Shown here: positions 11,702 to 26,010 of the stretch, in pieces
Position numbering within the stretch: the first letter of the stretch is position 1
Layout of the letters: each line of letters opens with the position of its first letter
Assembly (NCBI GenBank): GCA_951406725.2
Contig: OX597817.1
Coordinates: 112,964,001-113,028,000, forward strand
Reading direction: 5' to 3'
DNA from: Octopus vulgaris
Lineage: Eukaryota
DNA length: 64,000 nt
Program-made: the position numbers and the translations under genes
Notes under the pieces: generated by a model
What the model was told of the DNA's origin: nothing
Databases searched by the model: none
What the model saw: the letters and a program-made list of their open reading frames with translations, nothing else

Positions 11702-14700
11702 AACAACAAACAAGATGAGGACAAATATCTATCAAATGTAAATAATGTAAATAAGGCTTCTTTCGGTTTTTGTCTACCAAATCCCCTCACAAGGCTTAGG
11801 TTGTCCCAAGGCTATAATAGAAGATACTTGCCCAAGGTGTCACACAGTGGGACTGAACCCAGAACCATGTCGTTGGGAGGCAAACTTCTTACCACACAGC
11901 CACGCCTGCACCATTGTTTAAAATTCTACCAGATATTCTACATTTCTTGGCATTTTCTTAATCTATAATATCAAGGATTAAATACTGCCTACCAAACCTC
12001 ATTCTCATTCTCTTACTGCACAGATAAAGTAGCCACCTTAATTCAGGATTAAATGTGTGTGTGTGTGTTGTTTCTGTTTGTGTATGCTGGTGTAAAACTA
12101 CCTCAGCTTACTTCCCTTTACATTGAAATTTAACTTAGCCAGTTGATAAATAAAAATCTATTAAATAAATATCTGATTAAGATATCAAGGTTTCTGATTA
12201 AAGTCTTTGGTCCATATGATCACTTCTAAAAATGGTGACTTAGTAGAACCTTAGCCAAATAACTAAAACTAAATAAAATATGTTTACCACATACAAATTA
12301 TGCATGTAACTGATGACTAGCTATTCTGCCGCCAAATTTTTCAGTCTTCAGATTTAAGGGTTGATATTCTAGCCCCTTACATAAATGAATGAATACATAG
12401 ATAAAGAGTTGATTAAGAAACAGATTTTTTTTTTGTTTGTTTCTTTAGTGGGGAGGTTGAGACTATAGTACATCACCATTCCTCACTTAGTGGTTGGTCT
12501 AGAGTGCTAATATTTGATAGTGGAATGATACTGATAACCCAGTTTGGCTTCTGAAAACCCCTTTCTCTCACACTGACATTCAATCTACAAGAAAACGGAA
12601 AGAAGTGTCATCAAAATTACTTGCAATTGGTTATGTAACAAATAATAAATGCATTCATAACTTATATTACCATTTATTTTGTCACCTAATGTTTCCACTT
12701 TTTTTTTTTTGTCTCTTATCTCTTTACAATCTCCACTGAGATTTTTATAAATTGATTTGTTTGTATCACTGAAAATCAGTGTTACTCTCTTCTAATAATA
12801 GTAAAATGTTGAAATGTTCAGCTGTTTGGTTTTTTATTTTCTTTGTTTTCATTAAAATTCTTTTTTGGAGTAGAAGCAAATGTCAAGAAGACTTTAAGAT
12901 TACCTCAGACTTTTATTGGTGTGGCTAAACATTGTTTATTTTATTTTTTAGAATAAGCATGTTATAATGACATTTTTGTGACAACGTATTTTCTTTTCCG
13001 GTAGCTTTTGTAAACTTATCTGTTCCTTTTCCAACATAGATTTAAGGACATATTTGTATACGAAATTTAAAGGATTACTGTTTTAAACAGTATTTCTGTT
13101 GTTCAAAGAGGAAAATTTATTTTCTTGAGTTCATTTCCCAGGGTAACTGTCAATAGATGCTGTGAGGTAAGAAGTTTGCTTCCCAACAGCATGGTTCTGG
13201 GCTCAGTCCTACTGTGTGGCACTTTCTTCTACTATGACCCCAGGCCGACCAAAGCCTTGTGAATAGATTTAGTAGATGGAAACTGAAAGGAGGCTGTCAC
13301 ACACACACACACATATATGAGTGTGTGTGTGTGTATGCTTGTGTCTCTTTGTCTTGACATCATGTGGTAGTTGTAAAATGATTATCACTGTCATTTATTT
13401 CAAATATTCTGTGAGAACATATCTGGCCATGGAGAAGTATTATATTGCTTAGAAACAGGCCATAGAAAACTTGCTGCAATAAACTTTGTCCAACCAATGA
13501 TAATGAAAAAATGGGAATTGTAGCATTGATACCATTTCTAAGGGCATCAGTAATATAAGCCAAATGAAATAGTTTATACATGAGAACAGGAAACTTGGTT
13601 ATGGTTATGGCTCACCGGGAATTCACTGCAGAACACTCAATAAAACATTAGAATTAAATATCTACATTTCTAGAATGAAATGTGAAGCAGTAGAGTAGAG
13701 CATTAAGCATTTGTGTTAAAGATAAAGGGTCCATGTTCAAACCTATCTCAAAGTAGTATTATTTTCAATACAATATTATTATTTAACATGGCAACTAGAC
13801 TGTTTTGATCAAAAGAGTCAAAATATTTACTAATTTGTTTGGTCAAAATAGCATTGGTGATATTTGTTTCTATCCCATAATATAAGCAGAGGAATGAGCC
13901 ATGCTCAAGGCCTTTACAAGCCCTACAAGTGTGGTGAGATTGATTCAGTTGATTTTCTTGAAAAACTGCAAGTCGATGGCTGTGAAAACAACATAGGCAG
14001 TGTGACATAATTTTACACCATCTAAAACTGGTGTTGCTGTTTATGTTGTTTATGCTCTGTAACTTAGCTTCTTGACAAACAAAGAATGATAAAATGTTTG
14101 AAATAGGTACTAGGATCAATACAATTGACTAAACCTTTGAAGCCAACACCACAACAGAGTCACATGCCAATAACTAGAACCAGTAAAAGAATAAATGAAT
14201 ATATTTGTTGATTTATGACATGGTGGTTAAGAATACTGAAAATTTGTATTAGATATTTAAGTTTTAAAATTTGGGATTTAGCTATACTGGTGGCTGTGCA
14301 TACCATCAGATATTTTTATAGTTGTGTACAGGAAAATATTTCATTCTTCAAGTTAAGTGAGCCCCATAAAATAGTATCATTCCTATATCTGGAATATTGC
14401 TACCCATACAGACATTCTGCACTAGCACAAAATCACTCATATAGATACACTTCTGACTCTAGCCTACAGTCTTCTCTCTCTACCACTACAAGAATTGATT
14501 GTGTTTGTCAGAGCTGGCTGGTTGCATGTTATGTCTATTCTGGCGCTCTTGATTTAATTGTCTCTCTTTTCATCACCCTTCTTGCTAACTAAACTTCAGA
14601 ATGTTGTCCTTTTGGGATCCCCTCCTGTTTCATGTTTTCCTAGCAGGTATCAGCTTGTAACAGTAGCATATTGACAGCCTCAATTTCATCAATTTTTGAA

Positions 14701-16344
14701 GGCTTCCAAAGGCCAATAGTACTTCTTCGCTAGACCCAACAAATACAAAGCATACACATGAAAGAAAAAGTGAAGGAAAATTCAGTGTTTTCAATGCAAG
14801 TATTCAATGGTAAACTATATTCATTATATATTCAATCCAATAACACATTGCCAAAAGTACAAATCTTGAACAGCCATTAATTATGTTGTGACATAATTCT
14901 GCATGCCCCATTTTGCCTTATTTACAAAAGACATGTTTCACTCTTGCTTCATAGTTGAGTAGTTATTATCAGGAAGACTATCCAACTGTAAAATAACAAA
15001 AACGAAAAACACATCTCACTCATGCAATCCTGAAAAAGATAAATATAAAACTATACAAAGGGAGGGAAAAAATATATATGAAATGTTTTAATCAATGTAT
15101 GGTATGGAATGTGTGTATTGCTGTATGGTTGTTGTTGTTGTTGCTATTTATCCTGTGGTCAAAGGCACTTCTGTCACAACCATCCCACTACATTATCCAG
15201 CATGTCCCTTCCCTCATTTTATGATAGTTTGGTGTGATTTAAGGGAGATTTTGCTATTTCTTGCAGATACAGTGACGACATAGGGGCCTTCTCAGTAGTG
15301 GTAGTGGTTATGTGTGTTTGTATATATGTTGAAGGAAATTCTTGAATAGAATTCTTTGTTGAAAGGAATTCTGATTTTTGCCATTTTCAGTGTTCTTATT
15401 ACAACATAGGTGCATATATTATTTGTTCTCATTGTTTTAATTACAGTGGTTGCATTAGTGTTCAAATGGCTGGCAGCTGCATTCCTATGCTTATTTCAAT
15501 ACATATATTTGACAGCTGCTGAGTAAAATGCTGCTGTCCAACAACATATGTTGAAATCATGTGAAAACAAAACTGTGGCCTTTTGTTGTGTTGATATAAT
15601 TCAGTTGCAATTAAATCTCTTATTTTCTGTCTCTCCCTTCTCTCTGTTCTTCTTCCTTTTCCTGCTGTTTCTTAGATATGTGTTGCATGCATGTGTGTGT
15701 GTGTGTGAAAGAGAGAGAGAATTTTTGTGGTTATTTTATTTAGATTCCATTCTCTGTAGTAAAAATGTATTTCTACTAGTTTATACTCTGTCGCTTTCCC
15801 TTTCATTCTGTATCTTTCTTTTTTTCTTTCATCTATCTCTTTTACCTTTGTAACGGTAGTTCTCTCTCTCATTTGTTCTTCTTTTCTCTCCAGACCTTTT
15901 CTGTTTTCTACATTGTATAATTCTACTCTCCTTTTCTTTATTTTCTTTTACTGTACATTTTTTATCTTCTTCAAAATGTTTCATCCTATTTCTTTCTTTT
16001 TTCTTATTAATCTTACATCTTATATCTTATGTTCTAATCCTCTTCTTCCTTTCGCTCCCTATTTTCTTCTTTCACTTCTCTTCTGTTCTTTCTCTTTAAG
16101 AAAAATAAATTAAGAAAGATAAATATATTTTGTGAGGTTTGTAAGCCAAGTTATTGGAGATATGTACTAATGCAATGCATTCATTTAAGAAAATATAAGA
16201 AAAAATAACAATAAACTATTGATAGCTTCAAAACAAACAAGTCTACTAAAATAATTATTGATTATATTTATAAACAATCATTCATATACACTATTCTATG
16301 GTCCTTTAAGAATCATTCTGTTGTGCTATTCCATCAAATTGACG

Positions 16345-17600
16345 GACCAAGCAAGAAGTGTAACAGAAGGTATGATAGCACAACTGATAAGAAAGAAAAT
16401 TAGCTTAAATGATATGCAGTTTGGGTTTGAGCTTGGATAAGGTGTCACCAATATCTTTGCCTCAGTGAGACAACCACAGAAGATCTTATTTAAGTGCAAG
16501 ACACTATACTTAGCATTCATTCATTTGGAGAAAGGTTTTAACAATGCATTGTGCTCTGTAGTCTGGTGGTTACTCAGAAAACTAGATGTATATCAGTGAC
16601 TTATGAGAGTTATGCAAGCTATATATACAGAAGCTGTTTGCAAGGTGGAGAAATTTAACTTGCAAGTAAGTATCCATCAGGGCTTGGTTATTAACCCTTT
16701 CCAATATATTATAGTTTTCTAGGCCATAACATAGGAATTTAAAACTGGCTATCCATGAGAACTCCTATATGGCACTGATATAGATCTCAGAGCTGAATCT
16801 CAAAAATTCAGAGACAAAATATTAAATACGGAAACAAGATCTAGAACTGAGATGCCTCAAAGTAAACAAAACAAAGACTAAAGTTTAGTTAGCAGGAAAG
16901 AAAACTTGATTCTGAAAATGTATGGTAAGTGGTCATGCTTCTCCTGCAGAGAAGATCTAGGTTGAAATTTCATATTGTGTACCGTATGTAAATTATGGGT
17001 GCAACAAAAGGTTTTGGGGTATTGCAAGCAGGTTGACAGAGAAAGAAAACTTCCAACATAACAGATGCACAAATATAGTTTGCAGTAAGAGCATCCTTTG
17101 AATGAATTCCTTAAGATGTTCAGAAAGATCCTTTGGAGTAATTAAAGTAGCATTGCTGATTACGTCTCCTAGTTAACTGAAGTAGCTTGTGTTAGCTGGG
17201 ATACCTAATTAGCAGTGAAGGTGAATGCTTCAAAAACATAATAGCTAACAGAAGAATGGGATGGAAAGAGTTCAGGGAGCTATTTTTTACTTCTGCTAGC
17301 AAGAAAGAGATTCTCTTTCCAAGTGAATGACAATTTGTATGATGTTTGGGTAGAAAGTAGTGTTGCATGAAGTGAAGGCTGAAAAGAAAGGTTTATGAGA
17401 TAGGATCTGAGTGGAAAGAACCTATGGATGAAGAAAGCATAGGAAGAAGTAGAGAAGGTGGTCTCAAAGATGGAGGCTAAGCCTCACAAAGGAGATGACA
17501 AATGACTGCAATGTGTTGAGATACTGTGCTGGAAAGATCCTTTCCAATGTAAACATAGAGAAGTTAATGTAAAAAAAAAATGATGATGATGATGATGACC
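16345..17600 (+). mobile_element. Heavily decayed RTE-clade LINE fragment
   Basis: Residual peptides MQFGF, VWWLLRKL, IHQGLVINP and FKTGYP*ELLYGTD (cf. CPWELLYADD of RTE RTs). Ends in (GAT)n. Confidence 0.7.
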
Positions 17601-20600
17601 TGTTTAGCTTTGAATAGATAATTTGTTATTTGTTATTTGCTTTTTTAGTTTGTTCAGATTCCTGCGTTGTATTAATTGTAGGACAAATTCTGTGTAACTA
17701 AGTACATCTTCGTACTTAAATTTTATTGACAAAGCAAACTAACATCTAATGCTATCCTCTTCTAATGAATTCCAAACAACAATGCTGTATTGTTGGCAAT
17801 TTCTATTAAATCTTCTTGTTACCACACACTGTTATGAGCTATTGTTGCTAGATATACAGCTAAGCTAACTCTTTTACACCAATGCAATTCAACAAAAGAT
17901 TCATTGGGCTTAAATCTCTACATTACGTTATCTTAACCAAATTTATAAGAAAATATATAGGAAAAAAATATATAAACATGTTAAATATCATTTGTTAATT
18001 CAATTTTTTTTATCTATTCTAATTTTTCTTTTAATTAAATTGGAGAGATCAAATGACAGTATTTGATGTCACCTTCTCTTTTCTCTTAATTGAAAGTGCA
18101 TGACTAGAACATAAATGAGCATGTTTACTTCTGTTTGCATTTTACATGTGCAATATTGAATTTTTCTATATACTCTGTCTAGTTTTTGAAAGGGAAATGG
18201 CACTAAATGTAATTTTATAAATACAAATTAAAAGGTAAAATTTACATTCACATTTAGACATCAATATTCGTTTTACATTGTGGAATTAAATAAATGCTAA
18301 TCGAAATTAGATTTAATAGACCAGAAATTTAAATAAAGTTTGTCAAGCATTTCACCAGAATTTTTAGTTACTAGGCAGCAGTGTGTAATCAATCATTTGA
18401 GTGGGTTGTTCTGTAAGGACACTAATAAGGACAGCTCAAGAATATGATGTTGACAGTGTTTTTTTTCTTTTTTGTGTATCTTGAAATTTAGAAACAGTAT
18501 TTGTTGAATCCAATTTTGTTTGTTAAATACAAGATTTGCATTAAAAAAAAAAGATGACCTGATAGGTGTGTGGATAAGAAGCATGCTTCCTAACCATGTT
18601 GCACTGGTTTCAAACCTATTGAGCAGTACCTTGGGTAAATGTCTTCTACTATGTCCCTGGGCTGACATAGTGAATTTAGTAAACAGAAACTGAAAGAAGC
18701 TCATCATGTGTGTGTGTGTACGTATGTATGCAGGTGTGTGTTTGCCTTTGTATTTGTCCCTTAGCAGTTTGGCATAAGAGACTGATAAAATAAGTACTAG
18801 GCTTAGAAAATAAATACCAGTATCAATTTGCTTCACTAAACTCTTCAAGATGGTGCCCCAACATGGCCACAATCCAGTGATTTAACCAAATAAAATATAA
18901 AAGCTATACACACTGTACAAATGTAAAGTGATTTTGGCAACTCTATCTTGATTTGAAATGGTGATCTTTAACCAACAGCCCTTGAAAGTTGTTCTGTGGA
19001 TCTACTTCTATGAGCTGGCATAGCTCTCTTAAAATTTATGTTATGTATAGCATGTAACTATTTTATGAATTTAATTGGTTTTAAAAAAAAAAAAAGCTGT
19101 CATTGCAAACCATATCAAATAATAGGAAACTGCATAACTCCATTCTTTTAACCCATAACTTTTATTATCAGCATAACATTTATATATGTTGAACTTCCCA
19201 AGTTACTTATCCTACACTCTCTGATAAAGAGAACTTTCATATTATCAAAACACAATGCACATAATGCATTATGTTTTGAAAATATGTGTGTGTGTGTTTG
19301 TATGTTTTCTTTTCACAAAATGCAGCAGTAGTGATGACTTTTAATTATCTTCTGTTTCTTTTGTGACTTTCTTTTCTCTTTGCTTTATCCAAAGCAACTG
19401 GTATGGTGGAAAGTAAAAATATTCTACAACCCTTACTGTGTCATTGGTCCAGCTTTGTCTTCCTGTTGTGTATCAAATTTAATCCCTTTGATACCAACCT
19501 ACTTGAGACTATCCCTTGTTCTATGATATAAGCATCCTATTTTATGGTGATCTAAATAAAAACCTGCTATCAAAATTTCAGATTAATTCATATCCCAAAC
19601 AGTAACTTAATAATGACAAATATACTTTACAAATTTTTCATTATTTTAAACAAAGACATCAAATTTCTGCAGAAATATGGTAACAAAAGGGTTAACCCAG
19701 TATGTCAGAACACAAATTCGAGTTATAATGGTCAAACAAATCACAGATACAACCATGAGTAAAAGGAAATTGCTCACTGGGGAATCTAAATTTCCTCATA
19801 GACTCAACTTGTGAGGAGCTAATCACTATTTTATTGTGTTTATACACAAGTAGGATAGAGGTTATTAATCAGCCTCTCATGATTGCCAATATTTTTAAAT
19901 GGATGGTCAACATGGTTGACTTTAGAGTGACAAGGAATGGTGATTGTGACAACTTTGATGCTTTTACATAGAAATAAATTGCCTGAAGAGTTTTATTATT
20001 TGAGAACCAGCTGAAAGGCCTGAGTTCAGGCATATTATTGTGTATTTGAGTATATAGGTATAAAACTTAATTCTAAACACTCTAGTTCACTAAGCTGTTA
20101 AGCAACAGAGACCAGATACCCTAGAAATGTTACCTAAGTAGGACTGGTATCCTATCCAAGGTGAGATATTTCTTTATCTTGATGATATAAAATTAGAGCT
20201 AAGTGCAACCTTTCTGTACCTGGATGATAAGCCAGTAGATCTGGACAAAAACAGTTGGAAGGACATCTGTGGAGTCCTCAGATTAGTGGCCATGTAAGCC
20301 TTGACAGGAGCTGAACAACCCGATGGTTTTAAATTTCTAGAGACATTCCGAGAAACATCTTGCTTATTAGTGAAGTGCGTTTGGAACAACATCTTAAATG
20401 CATTCAGGAATTGTGGAATTAGTTTATAGGAGAGTATGTAAAAGCCTTGCAAACCTGCTCAAGGCAGTTCCAATTGGCTGACAGGTATTGCCTTGATTTT
20501 CTTAATACACTAGTGTGAACTTGGACAAGCCACAATGGAACATCCAAGATGTACGTTTTTCTCAGGTTACACAAGTGGTCACTTTTGAAGCCACTGATGT

Positions 20601-20719
20601 AGCAGAACAGCCCAGGACTTTGTACCGGGTTTTTCCCACTAAAATTGCTCTAAGTGATTTTCCCTCTATTGAGGATCTTTCTTGTTGACATTGTACCTGA
20701 ATTAGAAGCTATTATTATT

Positions 20720-20941
20720 ATTGTGTTGAGCTGGTAGAATTGTCAGTTCATCAGACAAAATGCTTAGCAGCATTTCTTCTGACTTGTTACATTCTGAGTT
20801 TAAATTCTGCTGAGGTCAGCTTTGCCTTTCATCCTTTCAGAGTTGATAAAATAGTGCTAGTTGAGCAAGGAGAGGGGAGGGCAATGTTATTGACTTGCCT
20901 CGTCTCTCAAAATTTCAGGCCTTATGCCTATAATAGAAAGG

Positions 20942-20988
<47 letters not shown>

Positions 20989-21380
20989 CAATAAGGTGGA
21001 AAGCTGGCAGAATTGTTAGCATGCTGGACAAAATGCTATATTCTGAGTTCAAATTCCACCAAAGTCGACTTTGCCTTTCATCCTTTTGGGCTTAATAAAT
21101 TGAGTACCAGTGAAACACTGGGGTCAATGTAATCAACTAGTTCCCTCTCACCAAATTTCAGGCCATGTGCCTAGCACATTGTGTGAAATACTTAGCAGTA
21201 TTTCATCTGTTGCTATGTTCTGAGTTCAAATTCTGTCACGGTCAACTTTACCTTCCATCCTTTCAGGGTCGATTAAATAAGTACCAGTTACGCACTGGTG
21301 CTGATGTAATCGATTTAATCCCTTCCCCCAAATTTCAGGCCTTGTGCCTACAGTAGAAAGGATCGTTATTATTACTATTA
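20720..21380 (+). mobile_element. Cluster of three SINE copies (TTCTGAGTTCAAATT family) with (ATT)n tails
   Basis: Repeated TTCTGAGTT.AAATT...TTTGCCTTTCATCC...AAATTTCAGGCC. Other copies at 39310-39740, 40840-41040, 44035-44250 and 46680-46890. Confidence 0.75.
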
Positions 21381-21874
21381 TTGGGTACTGGGAAATCTAT
21401 TGGCTTACATGTTACACTGAATGCAGTTTTAATATATTGTTATTTAGAAAACTCATGTATATATATGTGTGTGTGTGCATATGTAGTACAACTGTATATA
21501 TAACCAGTGCTCTTTTTTTTCTAATATTGTTTCAGTAGTGATTTCTCACATATGTACAAAGCCTGTTACTATTTTATTATAAAATGTGCCAACAAGGAAA
21601 TCTGTATGCAATCAGTTTCTAGAATCACTAGAAATAGCCATCAAATTACCCTCATATTCTTTTATTCTTTTACTTGTTTCAATCATTTGACTGTGGCTAT
21701 GCTGAAGCACTGCACTGAGGGGATTTTAGTTGGACAAATCGATCCCAGGGCTTTTTTCTTAAGTCTAATACTTATTCTATCATTTTCTTTTGCTGAACCA
21801 CTAAGTTACAGGGACGTAAACACACCAACACCAGTTGTCAAGCTGTGATAGAGAAGATGAACACAGACACAAAG

Positions 21875-21926
<52 letters not shown>

Positions 21927-22674
21927 GACAGGCTTCTTTCAGTTTCTGTCTACCAAATCCACTCACAAGGCTTTGGTTGGCCCGAGGCTATAATAGAATA
22001 CACTTGCTGAAGGTGCAACACAGTGTGACTAGACACAGAACCTTATGGCTGGGAAGCAAACTTCTTACCACACAGGCATCCCTGGGCCTATGCTGATGTT
22101 TTAAATAAAGAAGGATACGTTAGATTATGTAGTTCTAGATATATGCATATTATCCTGGAGAATGAAACAAGCTGGTCATGTCTGGAATGCCTTTGATCAT
22201 AGGTCTAACTGATCAAGTCACAGCTGTGGATAAGCAACAACTGCTGTATTTAGCTGTCAACTTTCTTGAATCACATTTCAATACATGTATCATTCATATT
22301 TTTCATCTTAGGAAAAGCAAGAAGCTACCCTTTACATGAATATAGACTCAGAATTCTAACTCAAATTCAAATCCCTATGCTCTATATCCAATTCATGATT
22401 CATAATTAAAAATAGATATATTTACAAAACATTTTGTTTTGTTCACTTCTCTTTTTAAAATTTACTGCACATTAAACCATTTTCTCTTTGGAGAATCATA
22501 AGCTTTATCTCTTTTCAGATTGCATAGGCTGATTCATATGATTATATACATGTAGAAATATTGAAGCCTCTAAATCAACTGAATACATGTAGAATATGTG
22601 CGTGTATGTATTTGCACACACATATTTATATGTATGTATAAAATATATAATCCTGCATGTGTGTATGTGTGTGT

Positions 22675-22775
22675 GTGTGATTCAGTAATACATATACTAA
22701 AATTGGAATGATACAGCGATTATCATGGCCCCTGTATAAGGATGACATGCAAATTCATGAAGCATTTCATATTTT
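22675..22775 (+). pseudogene. U6: U6 snRNA pseudogene
   Basis: ACATATACTAAAATTGGAATGATACAG..GATTATCATGGCCCCTG..TAAGGATGACATGCAAATTCATGAAGCATTTCATATTTT matches U6. It shows CpG decay and a damaged ACAGAGA box and AGC triad. Confidence 0.92.
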
Positions 22776-23149
22776 CTAAATAGTTGTGCTCTGGCATGGC
22801 TTACAGCCCTTGGGGTGGGACACAAAAAGGAAATGAAAGGAAATACATGTGTGTGTGTGTGTGTGTGTGTGTACACACACATTTACAATATGCAATTCTA
22901 TTACTTATAAAAAAACTGTTATGGTACAGTGGGTTATATTTCTGAAGGGTGGCAGTAAAGAAAGACAGAGAAATTGAAATTCACAAGCAGTTGTATGGGG
23001 CTGGTAAGGAAGCAGCAGGAGAAACTTCATGAGCAGCTGGTGGGAGGAGGTAAAAAAACAATTGCTCTATATGACTCCACACACACACAAACACACATTA
23101 CAGACACACACACACACATTACACACACAAACACATTACACATACACAA

Positions 23150-23180
<31 letters not shown>

Positions 23181-23188
23181 TATATATA

Positions 23189-24051
23189 TCTTTATATATA
23201 TAAAACTGAGAATGTGTGTCTGTCTGTCTGTGTGTTTCCCTAAAACTTGAGAACTACACAACCAATTTCATTCAAATTTTACACATGTCTTACTTATGGT
23301 CCGGGGAGTGTCATCGGCAAAAAAATTTTAACTTTTTGCCTAGGGCGAGCCCACAGCAATATCATATCTTTTCCACTATTTCAGTATTACGTGTTAAAAG
23401 TGAAACAAAAACATTTCTCTATTTTATGTCAGATACTTTCACTTTAACAATAAAAATAATAATAACAATTTAATTATATGTAGTAAGTAATAATTAAAAT
23501 CAAACTAAAGAATAATATAATCGTAACATAAAAAAAAAGTAAAAATAACAATTGGTATAAAATTGCATCAATGACTTCAACTTGAATAAGTGGTTTCACA
23601 TGAATGGGAATAAATTAAAAATAAAATTGGCGTGCAGAAATGGAATAGTCCAGATGGATGATAAAAAAATTAAAAATTAAATTAAAGAAAAGACTATTGT
23701 CTATAAAGTATACAATGTAGAGAAAAAAGAAGATTTGAACACATGGAGGAAAGCACCTTCGAAAAGTGTCTTGGTGCCACTATGAAAGTTATCTAATCAG
23801 AGGCGGTAAATTCGCCACAATGGAAGCAAGGTTCGAGTCAACGGAGCGTGCAAGGGAGTACTCAACTCGAACTTGCAAAGTGGAAATATTTTATTTTTAC
23901 CTTTATATCTGAGATGTAGGATGTCCCGGAAAAAAATTTTAAATGCCCCATATAGAAGTAGAGGTAGGCTAGAGTGTAGCCACACTTCTATACAAGAGGG
24001 AGGACAAGTTACAATTGATCGAAATTACAAGAGACGGGCTAACAATTCCAG
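23189..24051 (+). mobile_element. Non-autonomous Helitron-like element
   Basis: 5' A^TCTTTATATATATAAAA followed by (GTCT)n and CCAATTTCATTCAAATTTT. The 3' end ACGGGC...CCAG^T resembles the CTAG terminus. No TSD. Confidence 0.55.
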
Positions 24052-24205
24052 TCTGTTATATATTTTGAATATTGCTATCACTAGCGATATCAAGATATAA
24101 CTTTGTATTTTGTATTTTATGTATAGATGTATATATATATAGATGTACATGTAATATGTACACATATATACACATATATACATGCACTAGTACTATGACC
24201 TGACA

Positions 24206-24242
<37 letters not shown>

Positions 24243-24244
<2 letters not shown>

Positions 24245-25117
24245 AAAAGTATAGTAATCAACTAAACTTGTCTAAGGGTACGAATAACACCTACATTTCT
24301 AGATATAGGAGCTAAAATGCTCCTATACTGTTACAAAGCACATAACATATACTCTGATAGGGGCTGCAATCGCCCTGAGCAACTAACGGAGAATTCCTTA
24401 GACTGACCAGCCAGTTTCAGCTCTTTCCATAGCCATCTTCAGTAAGGCCAGCTCATTCAGTTGATTCTGATCTAGCTTGCTTATCAGAATAAATATATTT
24501 AGCATAAAAATCTATGAATGATTTAGCAGATTGCTATTGTATATACAAAAAATTCAATAAAAACAGCTGTTTACAACATTATACCATAAAGGGAAATCAA
24601 CTAAACTTGACTAAAAGTGTGAATAACACCTACATTGCTAGAAACAGGAGCTAAAATGTTCCAATGCTGTTACAGAATATATAACATATACTCTAATAGG
24701 GGCTACAATCTCCCTGAACACCGAACCAAGTATTCCATGGACTGATCTTTATGTTATAATGTTGCAAACAGCTGTTTTTATTAATTTTTTGCATGCACAT
24801 TAGCGATCTGCTAAACCATCCATAGATTTTTATGGTGAATATATATACTCTGATGGGTGAGCTAGCCCGGAATCAACCGAATGGGCTTGCCGTACTGAAG
24901 ATGGCTATGGAAAAAACCAAAACTGGCCAGTCAGTCTAAGGAATCCTTGATTCGGCACCTATCAGAGTATATGTTATGTGCTTTGTAACAGCATTGGAGC
25001 ATTTTAGCTCCTATTTCTATTACTGTAGGTATTAATTCACCCCCTTAATCAAGTTTAGTTTGACGACTATAATTTTCCATTACGGTATAACATTGCAAAC
25101 AGCTGTTTTTATTAATT
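24243..25117. repeat. Decayed inverted-tandem array of ~340-bp hammerhead-bearing units
   Basis: ATCAACTAAACTTG recurs at ~24257 and ~24596. Orientation flips at ~24747. TTGCAAACAGCTGTTTTT recurs at ~24762 and ~25093. Flanked by (TA)n and (TATG)n. Confidence 0.8.
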
Positions 25118-25359
25118 GTATGTATGTATGTATGTATGTATGTATGTATGTATGTATGTATGTATACATACATACATACAGAGACACAAACACTTTTGCA
25201 TTATGGATAACTCAAGTTACAGAATTTCACCTGAAATGAAACTTACATAAATTTTGACAATTTACAATTTAAGAATTACCCTATCTTCTTAGTCAAAAGC
25301 CCTTCCTTGACATTTTTCTAAAATCAATGTGTAGTTAACAGTGTGAAAAACTATAATCT

Positions 25360-25413
<54 letters not shown>

Positions 25414-25477
25414 AGTATGGCTCCAAACTTAGAGGGGAAAATTAGATTTAGGATTAAATCAAATTTCACAGTATAAA

Positions 25478-25916
<439 letters not shown>

Positions 25917-25945
25917 TATAAAGATTTTATCCTTGATTATTGTTG

Positions 25946-26010
<65 letters not shown>

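Larger units (their letters stand above)
7047..11755. mobile_element. Palindromic hammerhead-bearing element (Penelope-like inverted repeat) inserted in a SINE and interrupted by a LINE
   Basis: 7075-7240 is the reverse complement of 7268-7334 plus 11587-11753. GCTTCTTTC of the host SINE is duplicated at 7038-7046 and 11756-11764. Confidence 0.75.

Noticed and set aside
20174-20452. 92-aa ORF in a slightly GC-richer segment
   Set aside because: No motif recognised. It may be an ancient transposon remnant, but I cannot support that by eye.
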